From assembly GCA_027491085.1 (NCBI GenBank), contig JAIXWW010000021.1, positions 66,732 through 130,731 of the forward strand: a stretch of 64,000 nt of DNA, written 5' to 3'. This DNA comes from Bacteroidota bacterium (GTDB taxonomy: Bacteria > Bacteroidota > Bacteroidia > UKL13-3). The notes beneath the pieces were generated by a model. That model worked only from the letters and a program-made list of their open reading frames with translations. It did not search any database and was not told the origin of the DNA. Of this stretch, positions 7,272-16,733 are shown one piece after another (positions within the stretch are counted from its first letter, which is position 1; each line of letters begins with the position of its first letter). A program made the position numbers and the translations under genes.

Positions 7272-9899
7272 TTAGTCTACATCATTGTTTAACTTTGGTT
7301 TTGGTAAAACAACCCTTTTTAGTTCTGCTGTTGTTGGATGTTTTGAGCCAAATTCGTGTTTAGCAAAACACATTTTTGCTAACAATGAAATTTCTCTTCT
7401 TTCTTCTTCTGTAGTAAAATCATAGTTATACTTTGCTAATAAAGCATTGTGAACATCATACAAGTAAAAGGAATTTTTATTTAGACTTACTATATAATCG
7501 TGAATATGCTTGCGCCATTCCCTTGGTCTGCAAAAAACTAATAGTAAAGCAATTTTATGTTTGCTATTTGTGTCTTTTGTATTTGCAAAATGCTCATATA
7601 GTAGAGGTGCTAATTTTGGAGAGAATATGTCGTCCTTGAAAAAGCCAACAACATTTGTCATATTAACTTGAATTATGAGGTTAAGTCTTGTTTCAAAGGT
7701 ATCACCAAAATCGCCCTGAAGCGTAAAACTATGTCCGTCAAAACCTGCCTGTCCTTTGTCTGCAAGTATTGGAGTTAATGCAAGTAAAACATTTGATAGT
7801 TGTTCCCAACTTCTCAAAATTTCATTAAAAATTACACGTTTGGCTTCTGGATTAACGTAGTCACTATTTCTCAATGCTCTTGAAGAGGCTCTAATGTTTT
7901 GCATCAGATTATGTAAGGAATATTCAGCGAAAAACTTGTGAATACTTTGATTGTATGGGCGTATCTGGTTATAACTCCTATCTGCGTGCTGGTCTTTTAT
8001 ATCTTCTGGTAATCCTGAACTTAAAACATTTTCACTTAATTGATTTTGTGCTGTTTGAATCTGTTCTTCTGTTGGTTGCCAACGTATTTGTGAAAAAATA
8101 TTCATATCACCTGTAAGCCTTACTTTAGAATTAACTATATCACAGGTTTCCTTGATATCTTTTGTCAATATCTCAAGAGCATCAATTTTATTTCTATCAA
8201 TGCCTGTATAAAACTCAATTATTTCAGGGAATGATATGTATTTCTTTGAGGTAAAAATGTAATCTGCAAATTCTTTATCGTTATCCATCCGTTTGGCAGC
8301 AAAGTAGTAAACCCAAAATGAAGACCTAAAGCAATAATCAAATTCTTGTCTTACAATTATGTGATTCAATACCAAAACATCAAAAACAACATCAACATCC
8401 AAATCAATAAGTTTTTCTTTGCAGAATGATTTGAGTTCTTCAATAAATATATCTCTTGAAAAATTATACTTATCTGTTCTAATCATCTTTTCACTATAAC
8501 GACCTAAAACATACTCGCAATCTTTCAAATCGGGTTTTATTTTATACCTTGGAATGCCGTCCATATTAAACAATACAAATAAAACCTTCTCAATCATATC
8601 TGTTCTGTTAATAGGACTTTCGTCAAAGTATTTTTCAGAAACCTTTAACAAGGTCAAACAGTTCATAGGTGTTCTGTGGATATTTAGAACATCTAAGTCT
8701 GAAACAACTTTTGTCAGAACATTATCTTCAATGCCGATTTCTTTAACTCTATTGTATTCTGCAACAACCTTTCTGATTTGGGTTCTCGGAAGTGCCAATA
8801 AAAAAAGTTGTTTAAACTCTCTTTCAATTTTTATATCATTTGGCTCTTTTAAGAATTTTGCATCTTCAATTGTATGCATCAAGATTATTGGAATGTTTCT
8901 GTATGAGTCAGATAAGTTTTTTAATTTTTTGAAACTGTCGAGTTCATAGCTATTCCACGAATCAAGAATAATTGCTTTCACATCTGTAATTTTTAAGCCG
9001 AAAGATTCTGTTTCTCTAACTACAGCATTGTGAATGTTGTGGGATTTAGTATTGTGCGAATCAAGATACAACCAAAAGTTACCCCTTTTCCAAGATTGAA
9101 GCACCATATGGTGAGCCAAGGAGGTTAGCCCAAACTGAGGTGGAGCATTAAAGACTATTGATTCGGGATTGTTTATTATTTCTATTACATCAATTCGTTT
9201 AGTATAGTTTTCGTCTGGATTTTGTGAAATTTCATTCGTATTACTTATAACTGGGTCAACCCAAATAATCGGTTGTGAACTAAATGCTTGTAATGCAATA
9301 TCCAAATTTGATTTGAATTTCGCTCTTAGAACTTCATATTGAACATTTGCTTTTGTTGAACCCGTTTTTTCTTTGCTATAAAATTTTACAAAGTAGTCTG
9401 TTAAATGTGTCCGGAATGTGCTTTCAAAATCACTAACTCCATTGTATGTCCAATAATAACCGCCTAATTCAGCAATCTTTTCTTTGAACTTGTTTACTTT
9501 ATTAAAATCATCAGAGTTTAATTCGCTCTTCTTTACTGGTGCATCATTAAAGTAGAACATTATATCCAAACTTTCTTTGTTCTTTAATCGCTGATAGGCA
9601 TTATTAAACTCTTCTTCCGTCCCTGAACCTGCAACCTTTGTCTCAGTGCCAAATTTATTGTTCATTATACCAACAAACAAGTCATAATCGTTTCCTAGTT
9701 GTTCGCTAATAGTCGCTTGACTGTATTCACTTGAAAAACTTGGCCTGGTATTACGTTCCCACATTCTTTCTTCTATACTGAATCCAAAACTCTCACCAAG
9801 TCCCTTGTTCAATTCATTGAATATTTTCAAACAGATTTGTCTTTCTTCTTTAGTGTCACCTGGTGAAGCAACTAAACATCTATAAATTTTCTTTTCCAT
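7272..9899 (-). CDS. Uncharacterised 875-aa protein with three parts: a TIR/nucleoside 2-deoxyribosyltransferase-like (DUF4062-like) N-terminal domain, a P-loop-like core with degenerate Walker A, and a helical C-terminal region. Candidate STAND-type defence protein.
   Basis: It is a long uninterrupted ORF. N-terminal motifs are CLVASPGDTKEER, DLFVGIM and AGSGTEEEF, which resembles the D/SxGTxxE motif of the NDT/TIR-like Rossmannoid fold. The central IVFNAPPQFGLTSLA fits A-x4-G-[K to L]-T-S, and AIILDSW looks like a Walker B. About 450 aa of alpha-helical-looking tail follow. Confidence 0.85.
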   Translation of the reverse strand: MEKKIYRCLVASPGDTKEERQICLKIFNELNKGLGESFGFSIEERMWERNTRPSFSSEYSQATISEQLGNDYDLFVGIMNNKFGTETKVAGSGTEEEFNNAYQRLKNKESLDIMFYFNDAPVKKSELNSDDFNKVNKFKEKIAELGGYYWTYNGVSDFESTFRTHLTDYFVKFYSKEKTGSTKANVQYEVLRAKFKSNLDIALQAFSSQPIIWVDPVISNTNEISQNPDENYTKRIDVIEIINNPESIVFNAPPQFGLTSLAHHMVLQSWKRGNFWLYLDSHNTKSHNIHNAVVRETESFGLKITDVKAIILDSWNSYELDSFKKLKNLSDSYRNIPIILMHTIEDAKFLKEPNDIKIEREFKQLFLLALPRTQIRKVVAEYNRVKEIGIEDNVLTKVVSDLDVLNIHRTPMNCLTLLKVSEKYFDESPINRTDMIEKVLFVLFNMDGIPRYKIKPDLKDCEYVLGRYSEKMIRTDKYNFSRDIFIEELKSFCKEKLIDLDVDVVFDVLVLNHIIVRQEFDYCFRSSFWVYYFAAKRMDNDKEFADYIFTSKKYISFPEIIEFYTGIDRNKIDALEILTKDIKETCDIVNSKVRLTGDMNIFSQIRWQPTEEQIQTAQNQLSENVLSSGLPEDIKDQHADRSYNQIRPYNQSIHKFFAEYSLHNLMQNIRASSRALRNSDYVNPEAKRVIFNEILRSWEQLSNVLLALTPILADKGQAGFDGHSFTLQGDFGDTFETRLNLIIQVNMTNVVGFFKDDIFSPKLAPLLYEHFANTKDTNSKHKIALLLVFCRPREWRKHIHDYIVSLNKNSFYLYDVHNALLAKYNYDFTTEEERREISLLAKMCFAKHEFGSKHPTTAELKRVVLPKPKLNNDVD

Positions 9900-9940
9900 T
9901 TTATATTAGAGTACTCTTAGTTTCATCATTTGATTTTACC

Positions 9941-9983
9941 AAAAAAAATCCCCTCAAGCTACTCTGCTTGAGAGGATTTTTAT
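9941..9983 (-). terminator. Rho-independent terminator after the 297-aa gene
   Basis: aatcccctcaagc-tactct-gcttgagaggatt is flanked by an A8 run on plus, which reads as a T-run on minus. Confidence 0.75.
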
Positions 9984-9991
9984 TGTGAGTT

Positions 9992-10885
9992 TTACGCTAT
10001 CTTTAAACTAATTTCTAGTTCGGTAATTTTGCCTTGTTCTATGGTGGCAGTTAATTTTTCGGTTTGGTAGCCTTCCGCTTCTATCCTAATAGTATAAGTG
10101 CCAGGGCGCATTTTGTAAAGCTCGCATAAGCCATCTTGGTCTGCATCGTCTTTTTTATCGCTACCTTCTACATAAGCCCAAGCAGTAGTAATAGGTTCGT
10201 TGGTTTCTTTATTGGTAACTGCTATGGTTACACCCGTTTTGCGCACTGCGGCATCGTTTATTACCTTAGTAGCCATAAATGCATTGGCAAAGGTTGGTTC
10301 ATCAGTAGCATTTACAGTTAAATCGCTAATTATTACCAAGCTGGCATCAGCCTCATTAAACAATGTTTTAGTTTCAGCATTTAAGCCTTTGTTATTTTTT
10401 AATGCGCTTTGGGTAGTGCCTAAGCTAGCTTGGTAATCGTTTACCAATTGCCTAGCTTGGTTTATAGTTGTCGGAAGTACATTTAATTCTCCCATGGCTT
10501 TATAATTTGTTTCTATTTGGCCTATTACATTATTAGCCTTGGCATAGCGCTCTGCATCGGTTAAGCGCGTTAAATCTGTTTTGGTAATATCAAATAATGT
10601 AATTAAAGCCAAATTTTTTGTATCCTTAGCCCATACCAAAGCTACCCTTGCTAGTTTTACCAAGGCATCTACCATGCTTTGTTCTAACTGTGCATTTCCA
10701 CTAGTTATGCCATTTGTGCCGCTACTCAAGTTAGTGTGTAGCTCATTAATTCTAGTTACTAATCCATTAAACTTCAAAACTTCGGCATTCAAGCGGCTAA
10801 AGTTTTCATAAACACTTTTATTTAGAGCAAGTGTTTGTTGTACAGCTAAGTACATGTTCATTTTTGCAATTTGTTGTTTGTTCAT
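9992..10885 (-). CDS. Hypothetical protein with a helical N-terminal region and a C-terminal carboxypeptidase-regulatory-like beta-sandwich
   Basis: 297 aa. The C-terminus GTYTIRIEAEGYQTEKLTATIEQGKITELEISL is typical of CarboxypepD_reg-like domains. No signal peptide is evident. Confidence 0.7.
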   Translation of the reverse strand: MNKQQIAKMNMYLAVQQTLALNKSVYENFSRLNAEVLKFNGLVTRINELHTNLSSGTNGITSGNAQLEQSMVDALVKLARVALVWAKDTKNLALITLFDITKTDLTRLTDAERYAKANNVIGQIETNYKAMGELNVLPTTINQARQLVNDYQASLGTTQSALKNNKGLNAETKTLFNEADASLVIISDLTVNATDEPTFANAFMATKVINDAAVRKTGVTIAVTNKETNEPITTAWAYVEGSDKKDDADQDGLCELYKMRPGTYTIRIEAEGYQTEKLTATIEQGKITELEISLKIA

Positions 10886-11037
10886 GTTAAATTTATTTTA
10901 TGAACTTAATCAGTTGTCAATCATTATGCCAACTTGTTTTTTAATTTCAGCAATAAAAAGCAGTTAATTTTTATGGTGGTTTTATTAATTTAAAATGTAG
11001 TATACTAATTTAAATAACAGTTCCTCTTTTTATTATG

Positions 11038-11290
11038 CCAAAAAGTCTATTGTTTAGTTTTAAAATACATTGCTTAACCCTAAAACCTCATTTTTCTATT
11101 TTAAAACCGTATTTTTTAAAACTAATAGCTCATTGCTTTAACTTAACATGTCATTGTTTCACTTTAATATGACATTGTTTCGCCTCAAAACCTCATTGTT
11201 GTATTTTAAAACCCTATTGTTTGAGTTTAAAAGTCCATTTTGCTACCTTAAAACCTCATTGTTTTACCTTGAAACCCTATTTTTAAAAAT
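11038..11290. repeat. Tandem array of 12 degenerate 20-23-bp units, consensus yTTAAAACCTCATTGTTTnn
   Basis: The units were read by eye, for example ctaaaacctcatttttctat, ctcaaaacctcattgttgtat, tttaaaaccctattgtttgag and cttaaaacctcattgtttta. No spacers separate them, and no ORF of 60 aa or more lies in any frame. Confidence 0.8.
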
Positions 11291-11385
11291 TAAGTTCAAG
11301 TTTTTGACTAATGCCTAAACGAAAAATCGTTAATGGAAAAGATTTTTGCTAACCATGGAAGATGCCTCCGGCATGACTGGGCGAG

Positions 11386-11815
11386 AATAAGCAATGGACA
11401 ATAAGCAATAAGCAATGGGCAATTAGTAATTAGCAATGTAATATCAGCAAAAGATCAATGGCCGTTCTCCCGAAAGCTTTCGGGATTAGCCAACGGAAAA
11501 AGTCAATAAGCAATAGGCAAGTGGGAAATGAGAATTAGGAATTGAGCAATAGCGAACAACAAACATTGAATAATTTCAGTGAGATTGCTTCGTGCCTCGC
11601 AATGACGAACAACAAACAAGCAACTCGTAACTCGTAACAATCAACATGGAACATCGAACAACGAACAACGAACAACGAGCAACGAACAACGAACAAACCA
11701 TCCAACAATATAACAATTCAACAATTCAACAATTAACCAGTTAACCAATTAACCCCACAACAACGAATATCGAATATCGAACATCGAACAACGATCAACG
11801 AACACCGAACATCGG
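11386..11815. repeat. Mosaic of period-7/8 simple-sequence blocks
   Basis: Runs include aagcaat/gggcaat/tagcaat, (cgaacaa)n, (caacaatt)3 and cgaatat/cgaacat. Embedded in them are the palindrome cccgaaagctttcggg and the gattgcttcgtgcctcgcaatgac element. The block lies directly upstream of recG. Confidence 0.85.
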
Positions 11816-11842
11816 AAATAAAAAAAATCACTTATCATTGCA

Positions 11843-13957
11843 ATGAACTACATGCAAGGCAATTCGTTTTTACAAACTAAAATAGAATATTTAAAAGGAG
11901 TAGGTGCAGCAAAGGCCGAACTTTTGCAAAAGGAATACAATATTTTTTCCTTTAACGACTTGCTGTACTATTTTCCTTACAGGCATATCGATAGGAGTAA
12001 AACCTATCAAATCAGTCAGCTTGACGATACCATGCAATACATTCAGCTAAAAGGAACTGTAAGTAATTTGCGTACCATTGGTCAAGGTGCTGGAGCTAGG
12101 TTAGTAGCCAACTTTAGCGATGGAACAGGCAGCATTGAACTCATTTGGTTTCAAGGCCAAAAATGGATAAGAGATAGTTTATTGGCAGGTAAAGTATATG
12201 TGGTTTTTGGTAAACTAACCGAGTTTAACCGTACCTTTAGCATGGTTCATCCAAGTATGGAAGACCCTGCTTTGGTTAATGAAAAGCTGTATTTAAAAAT
12301 GATGCCGCTTTATAATGCCAGCGAAAAGGCTAAAAAACGAGGAGTTGATACCAAGTTTTTAATGAAGTTAACCAATACTTTGTTAACCGATGCTCGCTTG
12401 CAAATAGAGGAAAATTTACCTGATTATTTGGTAGCTAAACACAAGCTCATGAGCCGCAAACAAGCCATGATGCAAATACATTTTCCCGAATCGTTTCAAC
12501 TGTTACATGCGGCTGAGCAACGCCTAAAGTTTGAAGAATTATTTTTTAATCAATTGCGCATATTGCGTTATAAATTAAAACGCCATACTGTATTTAACGG
12601 AATAAAAATTGCCAAAATTGGCGATTTGTTCAACGGATTTTATAACCATCAATTACCTTTTGAATTAACCAATGCCCAAAAGCGGGTTTTAAAAGAAATA
12701 AGGGTAGATATGGGCAGCGGTAAACAAATGAACCGTTTGGTGCAAGGCGATGTAGGCAGTGGAAAAACAGTTGTTGCCCTTATGAGTATGCTCATGGCTA
12801 TTGATAATGGTTACCAAGCTACGCTCATGGCTCCAACCGAAATTTTAGCTAACCAACATTTTGAAACCATCAAAACTTTATTGGGCGATTTGCCGGTTAG
12901 GGTGGAGTTACTTACGGGTTCCAAAACCAAAAAGAACCGCAGGCCCATTCACGAAGGTTTAAAAAATGGCGAAATCCATATATTAATTGGTACACATGCA
13001 TTGATTGAAGATGCAGTGGAATTTAGAAATATTGGCATAGCCATTATTGATGAACAACACCGATTTGGTGTAGAACAAAGGGCTAAACTTTGGAAAAAAA
13101 ATGAGCATCCACCACATATTTTGGTAATGACAGCTACACCCATTCCACGTACTTTAGCCATGACCCTTTATGGCGATTTAGATACCAGTATGATAGACGA
13201 ATTGCCTGCAGGACGTAAACCTATAAAAACGATTCATAAATACGATAATAACCGTTTAGAAGTTTATGGTTTTATAAGAAACGAAATTAATAAAGGAAGA
13301 CAAGTGTATATAGTTTATCCTTTGATAGCCGAAAGCGAAAAGTTAGATTTTAAAAACCTAGCCGAAGGATATGAAAGTATTTGTAGGGAATTCCCTTTGC
13401 CAACTTATGCAGTAAGCATGGTTCATGGAAAAATGAAACCAGCCGAAAAAGACTTTGAAATGCAGCGTTTTGTAAAAGGGGAAACTAATATTATGGTGGC
13501 TACTACGGTAATAGAAGTGGGAGTAAATGTGCCCAATGCCAGTGTAATGGTAATAGAAAGTGCGCAACGTTTTGGCTTATCACAATTGCATCAGTTACGC
13601 GGCCGAGTGGGTAGGGGAGCAGAACAAAGTTATTGTTTATTAATGACCGATTTTAAAATTAGTCAAGATGGAAAGCTGCGCATGAAAACAATGGTAGAAA
13701 CCAACGATGGATTTAAAATTAGTGAAGTTGATTTACAACTGCGTGGTCCGGGCGATATGGAAGGAACCATGCAAAGTGGAGTATTAGATTTACGAATTGC
13801 AAGCATTATTGACGATAAAGAAATACTAGAAGCAGCCCGAAAAGAGGCCCAGTTAATACTTGAAAATGATAACACATTACAAAAACCCGAAAATGCTATT
13901 TTAAACCAATACCTCATGCTATATAGAAAAACAAACAAATGGGGAGCGATAAGTTAG
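11843..13957 (+). CDS. recG: ATP-dependent DNA helicase RecG
   Basis: 704 aa. It has a wedge/OB N-terminus, Walker A GDVGSGKT, DEQH box IIDEQHRFGV, and QLHQLRGRVGRG. Confidence 0.95.
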   Translation: MNYMQGNSFLQTKIEYLKGVGAAKAELLQKEYNIFSFNDLLYYFPYRHIDRSKTYQISQLDDTMQYIQLKGTVSNLRTIGQGAGARLVANFSDGTGSIELIWFQGQKWIRDSLLAGKVYVVFGKLTEFNRTFSMVHPSMEDPALVNEKLYLKMMPLYNASEKAKKRGVDTKFLMKLTNTLLTDARLQIEENLPDYLVAKHKLMSRKQAMMQIHFPESFQLLHAAEQRLKFEELFFNQLRILRYKLKRHTVFNGIKIAKIGDLFNGFYNHQLPFELTNAQKRVLKEIRVDMGSGKQMNRLVQGDVGSGKTVVALMSMLMAIDNGYQATLMAPTEILANQHFETIKTLLGDLPVRVELLTGSKTKKNRRPIHEGLKNGEIHILIGTHALIEDAVEFRNIGIAIIDEQHRFGVEQRAKLWKKNEHPPHILVMTATPIPRTLAMTLYGDLDTSMIDELPAGRKPIKTIHKYDNNRLEVYGFIRNEINKGRQVYIVYPLIAESEKLDFKNLAEGYESICREFPLPTYAVSMVHGKMKPAEKDFEMQRFVKGETNIMVATTVIEVGVNVPNASVMVIESAQRFGLSQLHQLRGRVGRGAEQSYCLLMTDFKISQDGKLRMKTMVETNDGFKISEVDLQLRGPGDMEGTMQSGVLDLRIASIIDDKEILEAARKEAQLILENDNTLQKPENAILNQYLMLYRKTNKWGAIS

Positions 13958-13998
13958 AATCTAGCTTTTGGCTGCTGGCAGCTAGCCTCTGGCAACTA

Positions 13999-14090
13999 TC
14001 AACGCACATCGAAAAACGAACATCGAACAACGAACAACGAACAACGAACAAAAAATAATTCAACATCCAACATCCCAAATCCAATATTTC
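13999..14090. repeat. Period-7 simple-sequence block
   Basis: cgaacat(cgaacaa)4 is followed by tcaacat ccaacat cccaaat ccaatat. It lies immediately upstream of the ATG at 14097. Confidence 0.8.
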
Positions 14091-14096
14091 AAAAAC

Positions 14097-14558
14097 ATGA
14101 ATTTTATCCAATTTCCGCACATCGATTTTGAGGCATTACGCAAAGAGTTAAAGCCCGAAACACCTGCACAGTTTGGCAGCATGAACGCCCAACAAATGAT
14201 AGAACACGTAAGTTTAATTTACGATTATGTTTTATCCGACATGGTTACAAAAGTATTAACCCCTGAAGAAAAAATAGAGAAAGTCAAAAAGCTGTTTTTA
14301 TGGTCGCCCGGAGGTTTTAAGCAAGGTGTAACCAATGAGTTTACCCAAAGTTTATCGTTTGAAACCAAATACGCCAATATGGAAGAAGCCATAAACGAGT
14401 TTGAAAAACGCCATCATTTAGTAGCAGATGCTTTGGCCAATAATTTAGTAATTGGTAAAACGCATCCTATTTTTGGTTTATTAAATACCGAAGAATGGAT
14501 ACAGTTTTTTACCAAACACACATGGCATCACTTTAATCAGTTTGGCTTAATCAACTAG
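14097..14558 (+). CDS. DinB-superfamily protein (DUF1569-like)
   Basis: 153 aa. Features are [12 protein letters not shown] and a C-terminal [29 protein letters not shown]. Confidence 0.6.
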   Translation: MNFIQFPHIDFEALRKELKPETPAQFGSMNAQQMIEHVSLIYDYVLSDMVTKVLTPEEKIEKVKKLFLWSPGGFKQGVTNEFTQSLSFETKYANMEEAINEFEKRHHLVADALANNLVIGKTHPIFGLLNTEEWIQFFTKHTWHHFNQFGLIN

Positions 14559-15577
14559 AATAATTTATTTTTATAACTAGGAGTAAAACCCATGTGTTGA
14601 TAGGCTTTTTCAGTTGCCTCTCGTCCACGTGGAGTGCGCATCAAAAAACCTTCTTGAATCAAGTAAGGTTCGTAAACTTCTTCTATTGTTCCTCCATCTT
14701 CACCTATTGCTGTGGCGAGTGTATTTAAACCTACAGGACCACCTTTAAATTTTTCTATCAGTGTTTTTAAAATACGCGAATCCATTTCGTCAAGGCCTTC
14801 GCTGTCCACATTTAAAGCATTTAAAGCAAATTGCGCAATGTCTAAGGTAATAACGCCATCACTTTTTACTTGGGCAAAATCGCGGGTTCTGCGCAAAAGT
14901 GCATTCCCAATTCTAGGCGTTCCTCTGCTTCTGCGAGCTATTTCCCAAGCAGCCTCTTCATCTATGATTGAGTTCATGATAGTTGAACTTCGTTCAATAA
15001 TGGTTTTCATTAACTTTTTATCGTAATACTCTAGGCGTGCATTTATTCCAAATCGAGCACGAAGTGGAGAGGTTAAAAGTCCAGATCTTGTGGTGGCACC
15101 AATAAGAGTAAATGGTTCTATTTCTAATTGAATACTTCTGGCATTGGGACCACTATCAATCATAATATCAATTTTATAGTCTTCCATAGCTGAGTAGAGA
15201 AACTCTTCTACCACTGGACTTAACCTGTGAATTTCATCAATAAAAAGCACGTCACCTTTTTCTAAATTAGTCAATAAACCAGCTAAGTCACCTGCTTTTT
15301 CAAGTACGGGTCCGCTAGTAGTTTTTATATTAGCACCTAATTCATTAGCTATGATTATACTTAAAGTAGTTTTACCTAATCCGGGAGGGCCATGTAATAA
15401 AACATGATCAAGAGCCTCACCACGCTGTTTAGCTGCTTGAACAAAAATTTTTAGATTTTCAATGGTTTTCTCTTGACCAGTAAAATCGTCAAATAACCTT
15501 GGACGCAACACCCTTTCAAGCTCTTTTTCGGCTGTAGTTAAGTTATTATCTTCTGGATTTAAATTAGGATTTCGCAC
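14555..15577 (-). CDS. ruvB: Holliday junction branch migration DNA helicase RuvB
   Basis: 340 aa. Motifs are [13 protein letters not shown], Walker [10 protein letters not shown], Walker [10 protein letters not shown], and [16 protein letters not shown]. Confidence 0.95.
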   Translation of the reverse strand: MRNPNLNPEDNNLTTAEKELERVLRPRLFDDFTGQEKTIENLKIFVQAAKQRGEALDHVLLHGPPGLGKTTLSIIIANELGANIKTTSGPVLEKAGDLAGLLTNLEKGDVLFIDEIHRLSPVVEEFLYSAMEDYKIDIMIDSGPNARSIQLEIEPFTLIGATTRSGLLTSPLRARFGINARLEYYDKKLMKTIIERSSTIMNSIIDEEAAWEIARRSRGTPRIGNALLRRTRDFAQVKSDGVITLDIAQFALNALNVDSEGLDEMDSRILKTLIEKFKGGPVGLNTLATAIGEDGGTIEEVYEPYLIQEGFLMRTPRGREATEKAYQHMGFTPSYKNKLF

Positions 15578-15652
15578 AAGCGCGAATGTAACAATTTTAC
15601 TTTACAGTTTAGATTTGTTAGTTAATTCAATTTAATTATCTAGTCTAAATTT

Positions 15653-16183
15653 TTATTTTGATTCAGCTACTTGTTTAATATTAGCCAACCCTTTTTCGTA
15701 ATCGCTTCCCACAAAAAAGCCCATTAACACACCAAACCACTTGGCCATTCCTTTATTTTCTCCATCTAGCGTCCAAGTTACTTTGGTGGTATTATCACCT
15801 TCGGGAGTTAAAATAAATCCACCTATGCTTGAACCCATATCATCAATTTCTTGCTTGTATTGGTTTGATTGGTTTTTAATGGCACTTATCATTTCAAGTC
15901 TTCCTTTTCCTAAATTACTTTGTTCGCTTTCCCAACTATACCAGGCACCTACTCCATAAGTTGAATCACTAAAAATCCATTTGGCATTTGGGTCTAAATT
16001 ATACCAAGGGCTCCATTTGCTCCAGTTTTTAAAATCAGTAGTCAAATTATAAATTTTATTTGGGCTAGCGTTTACCGATATTGATCTTTCAACATGCCAT
16101 TTTTCGGGCAAAGCCATGGAACTTAACCATAAAATAATTACTAAGGCTAAAAGACCAACTAATACTTTTATTGCTATTTTCAT
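15653..16183 (-). CDS. SRPBCC (polyketide cyclase/START-like) family protein with an N-terminal membrane anchor
   Basis: 176 aa. It has a signal/anchor segment, then W-rich beta-sheet-helix-grip-like sequence. The family call is by pattern only. Confidence 0.55.
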   Translation of the reverse strand: MKIAIKVLVGLLALVIILWLSSMALPEKWHVERSISVNASPNKIYNLTTDFKNWSKWSPWYNLDPNAKWIFSDSTYGVGAWYSWESEQSNLGKGRLEMISAIKNQSNQYKQEIDDMGSSIGGFILTPEGDNTTKVTWTLDGENKGMAKWFGVLMGFFVGSDYEKGLANIKQVAESK

Positions 16184-16242
16184 ATTGCATCTAGGGGTTT
16201 ATGGTATATCAAAAATATAAAAATATTAAAAAAGGCAAAAAA

Positions 16243-16272
16243 AAGACCTCAAGGTTTTGTCTTGAGGTCTTT
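16243..16272 (-). terminator. Rho-independent terminator
   Basis: aagacctcaag-gttttgt-cttgaggtctt, with a T-run on the minus strand after gene 16280..16720. Confidence 0.75.
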
Positions 16273-16279
16273 TTTATTT

Positions 16280-16720
16280 TTATTTTTTTCGGTAATAATG
16301 CCATTCTAACCTTAAAGTTGATGGAGTTTGTCCTGGTAACTCAGCATATAAAATTATACTTGAATCTTTACATTGGTTAATGATTGAAATGTCATCGCCA
16401 TAATAAAAATAGTTATTTACTATTTTGAAAGTTCTAGCAGGATAACTAAAATTCTTTTTATCTTTTTTTATGGTAGTAGCATCGCTATTAAAAGTAAAAG
16501 TTTGATAAAGCGGATTATTTAAATCTATCAACATATTTCCTTTGCTTGTAATTGCCGATTTATTGGAAGCATTTACAGTTTGGGTGTCTATTTGGTATAG
16601 TTCCAATACACATGAATCTAATTTAGTACTGCATATAAAATTATTTGTTTGTGAAACTTTTTCTTCACAACCTAATGTTATTGCAATTGCAACAATCAAA
16701 AACCACTTACAAAACTTCAT
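16280..16720 (-). CDS. Hypothetical lipoprotein
   Basis: 146 aa. The signal peptide has a lipobox-like ITLGC. Confidence 0.5.
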   Translation of the reverse strand: MKFCKWFLIVAIAITLGCEEKVSQTNNFICSTKLDSCVLELYQIDTQTVNASNKSAITSKGNMLIDLNNPLYQTFTFNSDATTIKKDKKNFSYPARTFKIVNNYFYYGDDISIINQCKDSSIILYAELPGQTPSTLRLEWHYYRKK

Positions 16721-16733
16721 ATTTATAGCTTGT

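Noticed and set aside
7272-10885. Treating the 297-aa and 875-aa genes as one operon or two-gene system
   Set aside because: A strong rho-independent terminator (9941-9983) with a T-run separates them on the minus strand. Co-transcription is therefore unlikely, though a functional link cannot be excluded.
11038-11290. Possible CRISPR or coding repeat protein
   Set aside because: The units are directly abutting and degenerate, with no unique spacers. All six frames are closed.
13914-14120. Tracked 68-aa minus-strand ORF between recG and the DUF1569-like gene
   Set aside because: It is encoded by the simple-sequence (cgaacaa)n / ccaacat block and overlaps both flanking genes.
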